NCBI GenBank assembly: GCA_964016885.1
Contig: OZ024740.1
Coordinates: 407,278,001 to 407,342,000 of the forward strand
Direction: 5' to 3'
Source: Eledone cirrhosa
Taxonomy: Eukaryota
Length of the DNA stretch: 64,000 bases
In this document: positions 1 through 13,776 of the stretch, piece by piece
How positions within the stretch are numbered: the first letter of the stretch is position 1
Layout of the letters: every line of letters begins with the position of its first letter
Position numbers and translations under genes: made by a program
Notes under the pieces: model-generated
The model's input: the letters and a program-made list of their open reading frames with translations, nothing else
What the model was told of the DNA's origin: nothing
Database searches by the model: none

Positions 1-3000
1 TACAAGACACTGAATAGCAATGTGGCCCACTGACAAAACACTACATAGCAATGTGGCCCACTGACAAGACACTACATAGCAATGTGGCCCACTGACAAGA
101 CACTACATAGCAATGTGGCCCACTGATAAGACACTGAATAGCAATGTGGCCCACTGACAAGACACTGAATAGCAATGTGGCCCACTGACAAAACACTACA
201 TAGCAATGTGGCCCACTGACAAGACACTACATAGCAATGTGGCTCACTGACAAGACACTGAATAGCAATGTGACAGACTGACAAGACACTGAATAGCAAT
301 GTGACAGACTGACAAGACACTGAAAAGCAATGTGGCCCACTGACAAGACACTACATAGCAATGTGGCCCACTGACAAGACACTGAATAGCAATGTGGCCC
401 ACTGACAAGACACTACATAGCAATGTGGCTCACTGACAAGACACTACATAGCAATGTGGCCCACTGACAAGACACTGAATAGCAATGTGGCCCACTGACA
501 AGACACTACATAGCAATGTGGCCCACTGACAAGACACTGAATAGCAATGTGGCCCACTGACAAGACACTACATAGCAATGTGGCTCACTGACAAGACACT
601 ACATAGCAATGTGGCCCACTGACAAGACACTGAATGGCAATGTGGCCCACTGACAAGACTCAACATAGCAATGTGGCCCACTGACAAGACACTACATAGC
701 AATGTGGCCCACTGACAAGACACTGAATAGCAAAGTGGCCCACTGACAAGACACTACATAGCAATGTGGCTCACCGACAAGACACTGAATAGCAATGTGG
801 CCCACTGACAAGACACTACATAGCAATGTGGCTCACTGACAAGACACTGAATAGCAATGTGGCCCACTGACAAGACACTGAATAGCAATGTTGCCCACTG
901 ACAAGACACTATATAGCAATGTGGCCCACTGACAAGACACTGAATAGCAATGTGACAGACTGACAAGACACTGAATAGCAATGTGGCCCACTGACAAGAC
1001 ACTGAATAGCAATGTGGCCCAGTGACAAGACACTACATAGCAATGAGCCTCACTGACAAGACACTGAATAGCATTGTGGCTCACTGACAAGATACTACAT
1101 AGCAATGTGGCCGAGAGACAAGACACTGAATAGCAATGTGGCCCACAGACAAGGCACTGAATAGCAATGTGGCCCACTGACAAGACACTGAATAGCAATG
1201 TGGCCCCCTGACAAGACACTACCTAGCAATGTGGCCCACTGACAAGACATTGAATAGCAATAGTGGCTCACTGACAAGACACTGAATAACAATGTGGCCC
1301 ACTGACAAGACACTGAATAGCAATGTGGCCCAATGACAAGACACTGAATAGCAATGTGGCCCACTGACAAGACACTACATAGCAATGTGGCCCACTGACA
1401 AGACACTGAATAGCAATGTGGCCCACTTACAAGACACTGAATAGCAATGTGGCCCACTGATAAGACACTGAATAGCAATGTGGCCCACTGACAAGACACT
1501 GAATAGCAATGTGGCACACTGACAAGACTCTGCATAGCAATGTGGCCCACTGACAAAACACTACATAGCAATGTGGCCCACTGAAAAGACTCTGCATAGC
1601 AATGTGGCCCACTGACAAGACACTACATAGCAATGTGGCCCACTGACAAGATGTTGAATAGCAATGTGGCCCACTGACAAGACACTACATAGCAATGTGG
1701 CCCACTGACAAGATGTTGAATAGCAATGTGGCCCACTGACAAGACACTACAGAGCAATGTGGCCCAGTGACAAGATGCTGAATAGCAATGTGGCCCACTG
1801 ACAAGACACTACATAGCAATGTGTCCCACTGACAAGACATTGAATAGCAATGTGGCCCACTGACAAGACACTACATAACAATGTGGCCCACTGACAAGAC
1901 ACTGAATAGCAATGTGGCCCACTGACAAGACAATGAATAGCAATGTGTCTCACTGACAAGACACTACATAGCAATGTGGCCCACTGACAAGACACTGAAT
2001 AGCAATGTGGCCCACTGACAAGACACTGAATAGCAATGTGGCCCACTGACAAGACACTGAATAGCAATGTGGCCCACTAACAAGACACTACATAGCAATG
2101 TGGCTCACTGACAAGACACTGAATAGCAATGTGACACACTGACAAGACACTGAATAGCAATGTGTCCCACTGACAAGACACTGAATAGCAATGTGGCTCA
2201 CTGACAAGATACTACATAGCAACGTGGCCGAGAGACAAGACACTGAATAGCAATGTGACAGACTGACAAGACACTGAATAGCAATGTGACAGACTGACAA
2301 GACACTGAATAGCAATGTGGCCCACTGACAAGACACTGAATAGCAATGTGGCCCACTGACAAGACACTGAATAGCAATGTGGCCCACTGACAAGACACTG
2401 AATAGCAAAGTGGCTCACTGACAAGATACTACATAGCAACGTGGCCGAGAGACAAGACACTGAATAGCAATGTGGCCCACTGACAAGACGCTACATAGCA
2501 ATGTGGCCCACTGACAAGACCCTACATAGCAATGTGGTCCACTGACAAGACACTGAATAGCAATGTGACAGACTGACAAGACACTGAATAGCAATGTGGC
2601 CCACTGACAAGACACTACATAGCAATGTGGCTCACTGACAAGACACTACATAGCAATGTGGCCCACTGACAAGACACTGAATAGCAATGTGGCCCACTGA
2701 CAAGACACTACATAGCAATGTGGCTCACTGACAAGACACTGAATAGCAATGTGACAGACTGACAAGACACTGAATAGCAATGTGACAGACTGACAAGACA
2801 CTGAATAGCAATGTGGCCCACTGACAAGACACTACATAGCAATGTGGCCCACTGACAAGACACTGAATAGCAATGTGGCCCACTGACAAGACACTACATA
2901 GCAATGTGGCTCACTGACAAGACACTACATAGCAATGTGGCCCACTGACAAGACACTGAATAGCAATGTGGCCCACTGACAAGACACTACATAGCAATGT

Positions 3001-6000
3001 GGCCCACTGACAAGACACAACATAGCAATGTGGCCCACTGACAAGACACGACATAGCAATGTGGCCCACTGACAAGACACTGAATAGCAATGTGGCCCAC
3101 TGACAAGACACTACATAGCAATGTGGCTCACTGACAAGACACTGAATAGCAATGTGGCCCACTGACAAGACACTACATAGCAATGTGGCTCACTGACAAG
3201 ACACTTAATAGCAATGTGGCCCACTGACAAGACACTGAATAGCAATGTTGCCCAATGACAAGACACTACATAGCAATGTGGCCCACTGACAAGACACTAC
3301 ATAGCAATGTGGCCCACTGACAAGACACTGAATAGCAATGTGGCCCACTGACAAGACACTACATAGCAATGTGACAGACTGACAAGACACTGAATAGCAA
3401 TGTGGCCCACTGACAAGACACTACATAGCAATGTGGCTCACTGACAAGACACTGAATAGCAATGTGACAGACTGACAAGACACTGAATAGCAATGTAGCC
3501 CACTGACAAGACACTTAATAGCAATGTGGCCCACTGACAAGACACTACATAGCAATGTGGCTCACTGACAAGACACTGAATAGCATTGTGGCTCACTGAC
3601 AAGATACTACATAGCAATGTGGCCGAGACAAGACACTGAATAGCAATGTGGCCCACTGACAAAACACTACATAGCAATGTGGCCCACTGACAAGACACTA
3701 CATAGCAATGTGGCCCACTGACAAGACACTACATAGCAATATGACCCACTGACAAGACACTACATAGCAATGTGGCCCACTAACAAGACACTACATAGCA
3801 ATGTGACCCACTGACAAGACACTGAATAGCAATGTGGGTTACTGACGAGACACTGAATAGCTATGTGGCCCACTGACAAGACACTACGTAGCAATGTGGC
3901 CCACTGACAAGACACTACATAGCAATGTGTCCCACTGACAAGACATTGAATAGCAATGTGGCCCACTGACAAGACACTACATAACAATGTGGCCCACTGA
4001 TAAGACACTGAATAGCAATGTGGCCCACTGACAAGACACTGAATAGCAATGTGGCCCACTGACAAGACACTGAATAGCAATGTGGCCCACTGACAAGACA
4101 CTGAATAGCAATGTTGCCCACTGACAAGACACTATATAGCAATGTGGCCCACTGACAAGACACTGAATAGCAATGTGACAGACTGACAAGACACTGAATA
4201 GCAATGTGGCCCACTGACAAGACACTGAATAGCAATGTGGCCCAGTGACAAGACACTACATAGCAATGAGCCTCACTGACAAGACACTGAATAGCATTGT
4301 GGCTCACTGACAAGATACTACATAGCAATGTGGCCGAGAGACAAGACACTGAATAGCAATGTGGCCCACAGACAAGGCACTGAATAGCAATGTGGCCCAC
4401 TGACAAGACACTGAATAGCAATGTGGCCCACTGACAAGACACTACCTAGCAATGTGGCCCACTGACAAGACATTGAATAGCAATAGTGGCTCACTGACAA
4501 GACACTGAATAACAATGTGGCCCACTGACAAGACACTGAATAGCAATGTGGCCCAATGACAAGACACTGAATAGCAATGTGGCCCACTGACAAGACACTA
4601 CATAGCAATGTGGCCCACTGACAAGACACTGAATAGCAATGTGGCCCACTTACAAGACACTGAATAGCAATGTGGCCCACTGATAAGACACTGAATAGCA
4701 ATGTGGCCCACTGACAAGACACTGAATAGCAATGTGGCACACTGACAAGACTCTGCATAGCAATGTGGCCCACTGACAAAACACTACATAGCAATGTGGC
4801 CCACTGAAAAGACTCTGCATAGCAATGTGGCCCACTGACAAGACACTACATAGCAATGTGGCCCACTGACAAGATGTTGAATAGCAATGTGGCCCACTGA
4901 CAAGACACTACATAGCAATGTGTCCCACTGACAAGACATTGAATAGCAATGTGGCCCACTGACAAGACACTACATAACAATGTGGCCCACTGACAAGACA
5001 CTGAATAGCAATGTGGCCCACTGACAAGACAATGAATAGCAATGTGTCTCACTGACAAGACACTACATAGCAATGTGGCCCACTGACAAGACACTGAATA
5101 GCAATGTGGCCCACTGACAAGACACTGAATAGCAATGTGGCCCACTGACAAGACACTGAATAGCAATGTGGCCCACTAACAAGACACTACATAGCAATGT
5201 GGCTCACTGACAAGACACTGAATAGCAATGTGACACACTGACAAGACACTGAATAGCAATGTGTCCCACTGACAAGACACTGAATAGCAATGTGGCTCAC
5301 TGACAAGATACTACATAGCAACGTGGCCGAGAGACAAGACACTGAATAGCAATGTGACAGACTGACAAGACACTGAATAGCAATGTGACAGACTGACAAG
5401 ACACTGAATAGCAATGTGGCCCACTGACAAGACACTGAATAGCAATGTGGCCCACTGACAAGACACTGAATAGCAATGTGGCCCACTGACAAGACACTGA
5501 ATAGCAAAGTGGCTCACTGACAAGATACTACATAGCAACGTGGCCGAGAGACAAGACACTGAATAGCAATGTGGCCCACTGACAAGACACTGAATAGCAA
5601 TGTGGCCCACTGACAAGTCACTACATAGCAATGTGGCCCACTGACAAGACACTGAATAGAAATGTGGCCCACTTACAAGACACTGAATAGCAATGTGGCC
5701 CACTGACAAAACACTACATAGCAATGTGGCCCACTGACAAGACACTACATAGCAATGTGGCCCACTGACAAGACACTACATAGCAATGTGGCCCACTGAT
5801 AAGACACTGAATAGCAATGTGGCCCACTGACAAGACACTGAATAGCAATGTGGCCCACTGACAAAACACTACATAGCAATGTGGCCCACTGACAAGACAC
5901 TACATAGCAATGTGGCTCACTGACAAGACACTGAATAGCAATGTGACAGACTGACAAGACACTGAATAGCAATGTGACAGACTGACAAGACACTGAAAAG

Positions 6001-9000
6001 CAATGTGGCCCACTGACAAGACACTACATAGCAATGTGGCCCACTGACAAGACACTGAATAGCAATGTGGCCCACTGACAAGACACTACATAGCAATGTG
6101 GCTCACTGACAAGACACTACATAGCAATGTGGCCCACTGACAAGACACTGAATAGCAATGTGGCCCACTGACAAGACACTACATAGCAATGTGGCCCACT
6201 GACAAGACACTGAATAGCAATGTGGCCCACTGACAAGACACTACATAGCAATGTGGCTCACTGACAAGACACTACATAGCAATGTGGCCCACTGACAAGA
6301 CACTGAATGGCAATGTGGCCCACTGACAAGACACAACATAGCAATGTGGCCCACTGACAAGACACTACATAGCAATGTGGCCCACTGACAAGACACTGAA
6401 TAGCAAAGTGGCCCACTGACAAGACACTACATAGCAATGTGGCTCACCGACAAGACACTGAATAGCAATGTGGCCCACTGACAAGACACTACATAGCAAT
6501 GTGGCTCACTGACAAGACACTGAATAGCAATGTGGCCCACTGACAAGACACTGAATAGCAATGTTGCCCACTGACAAGACACTATATAGCAATGTGGCCC
6601 ACTGACAAGACACTGAATAGCAATGTGACAGACTGACAAGACACTGAATAGCAATGTGGCCCACTGACAAGACACTGAATAGCAATGTGGCCCAGTGACA
6701 AGACACTACATAGCAATGAGCCTCACTGACAAGACACTGAATAGCATTGTGGCTCACTGACAAGATACTACATAGCAATGTGGCCGAGAGACAAGACACT
6801 GAATAGCAATGTGGCCCACAGACAAGGCACTGAATAGCAATGTGGCCCACTGACAAGACACTGAATAGCAATGTGGCCCACTGACAAGACACTACCTAGC
6901 AATGTGGCCCACTGACAAGACATTGAATAGCAATAGTGGCTCACTGACAAGACACTGAATAACAATGTGGCCCACTGACAAGACACTGAATAGCAATGTG
7001 GCCCAATGACAAGACACTGAATAGCAATGTGGCCCACTGACAAGACACTACATAGCAATGTGGCCCACTGACAAGACACTGAATAGCAATGTGGCCCACT
7101 TACAAGACACTGAATAGCAATGTGGCCCACTGATAAGACACTGAATAGCAATGTGGCCCACTGACAAGACACTGAATAGCAATGTGGCACACTGACAAGA
7201 CTCTGCATAGCAATGTGGCCCACTGACAAAACACTACATAGCAATGTGGCCCACTGAAAAGACTCTGCATAGCAATGTGGCCCACTGACAAGACACTACA
7301 TAGCAATGTGGCCCACTGACAAGATGTTGAATAGCAATGTGGCCCACTGACAAGACACTACATAGCAATGTGGCCCACTGACAAGATGTTGAATAGCAAT
7401 GTGGCCCACTGACAAGACACTACAGAGCAATGTGGCCCAGTGACAAGATGCTGAATAGCAATGTGGCCCACTGACAAGACACTACATAGCAATGTGTCCC
7501 ACTGACAAGACATTGAATAGCAATGTGGCCCACTGACAAGACACTACATAACAATGTGGCCCACTGACAAGACACTGAATAGCAATGTGGCCCACTGACA
7601 AGACAATGAATAGCAATGTGTCTCACTGACAAGACACTACATAGCAATGTGGCCCACTGACAAGACACTGAATAGCAATGTGGCCCACTGACAAGACACT
7701 GAATAGCAATGTGGCCCACTGACAAGACACTGAATAGCAATGTGGCCCACTAACAAGACACTACATAGCAATGTGGCTCACTGACAAGACACTGAATAGC
7801 AATGTGACACACTGACAAGACACTGAATAGCAATGTGTCCCACTGACAAGACACTGAATAGCAATGTGGCTCACTGACAAGATACTACATAGCAACGTGG
7901 CCGAGAGACAAGACACTGAATAGCAATGTGACAGACTGACAAGACACTGAATAGCAATGTGACAGACTGACAAGACACTGAATAGCAATGTGGCCCACTG
8001 ACAAGACACTGAATAGCAATGTGGCCCACTGACAAGACACTGAATAGCAATGTGGCCCACTGACAAGACACTGAATAGCAAAGTGGCTCACTGACAAGAT
8101 ACTACATAGCAACGTGGCCGAGAGACAAGACACTGAATAGCAATGTGGCCCACTGACAAGACGCTACATAGCAATGTGGCCCACTGACAAGACCCTACAT
8201 AGCAATGTGGTCCACTGACAAGACACTGAATAGCAATGTGACAGACTGACAAGACACTGAATAGCAATGTGGCCCACTGACAAGACACTACATAGCAATG
8301 TGGCTCACTGACAAGACACTACATAGCAATGTGGCCCACTGACAAGACACTGAATAGCAATGTGGCCCACTGACAAGACACTACATAGCAATGTGGCTCA
8401 CTGACAAGACACTGAATAGCAATGTGACAGACTGACAAGACACTGAATAGCAATGTGACAGACTGACAAGACACTGAATAGCAATGTGGCCCACTGACAA
8501 GACACTACATAGCAATGTGGCCCACTGACAAGACACTGAATAGCAATGTGGCCCACTGACAAGACACTACATAGCAATGTGGCTCACTGACAAGACACTA
8601 CATAGCAATGTGGCCCACTGACAAGACACTGAATAGCAATGTGGCCCACTGACAAGACACTACATAGCAATGTGGCCCACTGACAAGACACAACATAGCA
8701 ATGTGGCCCACTGACAAGACACGACATAGCAATGTGGCCCACTGACAAGACACTGAATAGCAATGTGGCCCACTGACAAGACACTACATAGCAATGTGGC
8801 TCACTGACAAGACACTGAATAGCAATGTGGCCCACTGACAAGACACTACATAGCAATGTGGCTCACTGACAAGACACTTAATAGCAATGTGGCCCACTGA
8901 CAAGACACTGAATAGCAATGTTGCCCAATGACAAGACACTACATAGCAATGTGGCCCACTGACAAGACACTACATAGCAATGTGGCCCACTGACAAGACA

Positions 9001-10595
9001 CTGAATAGCAATGTGGCCCACTGACAAGACACTACATAGCAATGTGACAGACTGACAAGACACTGAATAGCAATGTGGCCCACTGACAAGACACTACATA
9101 GCAATGTGGCTCACTGACAAGACACTGAATAGCAATGTGACAGACTGACAAGACACTGAATAGCAATGTAGCCCACTGACAAGACACTTAATAGCAATGT
9201 GGCCCACTGACAAGACACTACATAGCAATGTGGCTCACTGACAAGACACTGAATAGCATTGTGGCTCACTGACAAGATACTACATAGCAATGTGGCCGAG
9301 ACAAGACACTGAATAGCAATGTGGCCCACTGACAAAACACTACATAGCAATGTGGCCCACTGACAAGACACTACATAGCAATGTGGCCCACTGACAAGAC
9401 ACTACATAGCAATATGACCCACTGACAAGACACTACATAGCAATGTGGCCCACTAACAAGACACTACATAGCAATGTGACCCACTGACAAGACACTGAAT
9501 AGCAATGTGGGTTACTGACGAGACACTGAATAGCTATGTGGCCCACTGACAAGACACTACGTAGCAATGTGGCCCACTGACAAGACACTACATAGCAATG
9601 TGTCCCACTGACAAGACATTGAATAGCAATGTGGCCCACTGACAAGACACTACATAACAATGTGGCCCACTGATAAGACACTGAATAGCAATGTGGCCCA
9701 CTGACAAGACACTGAATAGCAATGTGGCCCACTGACAAGACACTGAATAGCAATGTGGCCCACTGACAAGACACTGAATAGCAATGTTGCCCACTGACAA
9801 GACACTATATAGCAATGTGGCCCACTGACAAGACACTGAATAGCAATGTGACAGACTGACAAGACACTGAATAGCAATGTGGCCCACTGACAAGACACTG
9901 AATAGCAATGTGGCCCAGTGACAAGACACTACATAGCAATGAGCCTCACTGACAAGACACTGAATAGCATTGTGGCTCACTGACAAGATACTACATAGCA
10001 ATGTGGCCGAGAGACAAGACACTGAATAGCAATGTGGCCCACAGACAAGGCACTGAATAGCAATGTGGCCCACTGACAAGACACTGAATAGCAATGTGGC
10101 CCACTGACAAGACACTACCTAGCAATGTGGCCCACTGACAAGACATTGAATAGCAATAGTGGCTCACTGACAAGACACTGAATAACAATGTGGCCCACTG
10201 ACAAGACACTGAATAGCAATGTGGCCCAATGACAAGACACTGAATAGCAATGTGGCCCACTGACAAGACACTACATAGCAATGTGGCCCACTGACAAGAC
10301 ACTGAATAGCAATGTGGCCCACTTACAAGACACTGAATAGCAATGTGGCCCACTGATAAGACACTGAATAGCAATGTGGCCCACTGACAAGACACTGAAT
10401 AGCAATGTGGCACACTGACAAGACTCTGCATAGCAATGTGGCCCACTGACAAAACACTACATAGCAATGTGGCCCACTGAAAAGACTCTGCATAGCAATG
10501 TGGCCCACTGACAAGACACTACATAGCAATGTGGCCCACTGACAAGATGTTGAATAGCAATGTGGCCCACTGACAAGACACTACATAGCAATGTG
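1..10595 (+). repeat. Segmental duplication with 5673-bp offset (183 monomers): about 1-4922 recurs at about 5674-10595
   Basis: ORF-track pairs 72/5745, 754/6427, 1747/7420, 2911/8584 and 4650/10323 all differ by 5673. Rare variants are shared (tgaatggc at ~631/6304, gcaaagtggccc at ~730/6403). I noticed differences only at 660/6333 and 1208/6881. Confidence 0.93.
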
Positions 10596-13010
10596 GCCCA
10601 CTGACAAGATGTTGAATAGCAATGTGGCCCACTGACAAGACACTACAGAGCAATGTGGCCCAGTGACAAGATGCTGAATAGCAATGTGGCCCACTGACAA
10701 GACACTACATAGCAATGTGTCCCACTGACAAGACATTGAATAGCAATGTGGCCCACTGACAAGACACTACATAACAATGTGGCCCACTGACAAGACACTG
10801 AATAGCAATGTGGCCCACTGACAAGACAATGAATAGCAATGTGTCTCACTGACAAGACACTACATAGCAATGTGGCCCACTGACAAGACACTGAATAGCA
10901 ATGTGGCCCACTGACAAGACACTGAATAGCAATGTGGCCCACTGACAAGACACTGAATAGCAATGTGGCCCACTAACAAGACACTACATAGCAATGTGGC
11001 TCACTGACAAGACACTGAATAGCAATGTGACACACTGACAAGACACTGAATAGCAATGTGTCCCACTGACAAGACACTGAATAGCAATGTGGCTCACTGA
11101 CAAGATACTACATAGCAACGTGGCCGAGAGACAAGACACTGAATAGCAATGTGACAGACTGACAAGACACTGAATAGCAATGTGACAGACTGACAAGACA
11201 CTGAATAGCAATGTGGCCCACTGACAAGACACTGAATAGCAATGTGGCCCACTGACAAGACACTGAATAGCAATGTGGCCCACTGACAAGACACTGAATA
11301 GCAAAGTGGCTCACTGACAAGATACTACATAGCAACGTGGCCGAGAGACAAGACACTGAATAGCAATGTGGCCCACTGACAAGACGCTATATAGCAATGT
11401 GGCCCACTGACAAGACCCTACATAGCAATGTGGTCCACTGACAAGACACTGAATAGCAATGTGACAGACTGACAAGACACTGAATAGCAATGTGGCCCAC
11501 TGACAAGACACTACATAGCAATGTGGCTCACTGACAAGACACTACATAGCAATGTGGCCCACTGACAAGACACTGAATAGCAATGTGGCCCACTGACAAG
11601 ACACTACATAGCAATGTGGCTCACTGACAAGACACTGAATAGCAATGTGACAGACTGACAAGACACTGAATAGCAATGTGACAGACTGACAAGACACTGA
11701 ATAGCAATGTGGCCCACTGACAAGACACTACATAGCAATGTGGCCCACTGACAAGACACTGAATAGCAATGTGGCCCACTGACAAGACACTACATAGCAA
11801 TGTGGCTCACTGACAAGACACTACATAGCAATGTGGCCCACTGACAAGACACTGAATAGCAATGTGGCCCACTGACAAGACACTACATAGCAATGTGGCC
11901 CACTGACAAGACACAACATAGCAATGTGGCCCACTGACAAGACACTACATAGCAATGTGGCCCACTGACAAGACACTGAATAGCAATGTGGCCCACTGAC
12001 AAGACACTACATAGCAATGTGGCTCACTGACAAGACACTGAATAGCAATGTGGCCCACTGACAAGACACTACATAGCAATGTGGCTCACTGACAAGACAC
12101 TTAATAGCAATGTGGCCCACTGACAAGACACTGAATAGCAATGTTGCCCAATGACAAGACACTACATAGCAATGTGGCCCACTGACAAGACACTACATAG
12201 CAATGTGGCCCACTGACAAGACACTGAATAGCAATGTGGCCCACTGACAAGACACTACATAGCAATGTGACAGACTGACAAGACACTGAATAGCAATGTG
12301 GCCCACTGACAAGACACTACATAGCAATGTGGCTCACTGACAAGACACTGAATAGCAATGTGACAGACTGACAAGACACTGAATAGCAATGTAGCCCACT
12401 GACAAGACACTTAATAGCAATGTGGCCCACTGACAAGACACTACATAGCAATGTGGCTCACTGACAAGACACTGAATAGCATTGTGGCTCACTGACAAGA
12501 TACTACATAGCAATGTGGCCGAGACAAGACACTGAATAGCAATGTGGCCCACTGACAAAACACTACATAGCAATGTGGCCCACTGACAAGACACTACATA
12601 GCAATGTGGCCCACTGACAAGACACTACATAGCAATATGACCCACTGACAAGACACTACATAGCAATGTGGCCCACTAACAAGACACTACATAGCAATGT
12701 GACCCACTGACAAGACACTGAATAGCAATGTGGGTTACTGACGAGACACTGAATAGCTATGTGGCCCACTGACAAGACACTACGTAGCAATGTGGCCCAC
12801 TGACAAGACACTACATAGCAATGTGTCCCACTGACAAGACATTGAATAGCAATGTGGCCCACTGACAAGACACTACATAACAATGTGGCCCACTGATAAG
12901 ACACTGAATAGCAATGTGGCCCACTGACAAGACACTGAATAGCAATGTGGCCCACTGACAAGACACTGAATAGCAATGTGGCCCACTGACAAGACACTGA
13001 ATAGCAATGT
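6507..13010 (+). repeat. Tandem duplication, 3223-bp unit (104 monomers, -1 bp): about 6507-9729 and 9730-13010; the same unit occurs at about 834-4056 followed by a partial copy from 4057
   Basis: ORF pairs 6768/9991, 7420/10643, 8878/12101, 9433/12656 and 1095/4318 differ by 3223. The unit contains one 32-bp and one 29-bp monomer, which accounts for the -1. Confidence 0.92.
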
Positions 13011-13776
13011 GGCCCACTGACAAGTCACTACATAGCAATGTGGCCCACTGACAAGACACTGAATAGAAATGTGGCCCACTTACAAGACACTGAATAGCAA
13101 TGTGGCCCACTGACAAAACACTACATAGCAATGTGGCCCACTGACAAGACACTACATAGCAATGTGGCCCACTGATAAGACACTGAATAGCAATGTGGCC
13201 CACTGACAAGACACTGAATAGCAATGTGGCCCACTGACAAAACACTACATAGCAATGTGGCCCACTGACAAGACACTACATAGCAATGTGGCTCACTGAC
13301 AAGACACTGAATAGCAATGTGACAGACTGACAAGACACTGAATAGCAATGTGACAGACTGACAAGACACTGAAAAGCAATGTGGCCCACTGACAAGACAC
13401 TACATAGCAATGTGGCCCACTGACAAGACACTGAATAGCAATGTGGCCCACTGACAAGACACTACATAGCAATGTGGCTCACTGACAAGACACTACATAG
13501 CAATGTGGCCCACTGACAAGACACTGAATAGCAATGTGGCCCACTGACAAGACACTACATAGCAATGTGGCCCACTGACAAGACACTGAATAGCAATGTG
13601 GCCCACTGACAAGACACTACGTAGCAATGTGGCTCACTGACAAGACACTACATAGCAATGTGGCCCACTGACAAGACACTGAATAGCAATGTGGCCCACT
13701 GACAAGACACAACATAGCAATGTGGCCCACTGACAAGACACTACATAGCAATGTGGCCCACTGACAAGACACTGAA

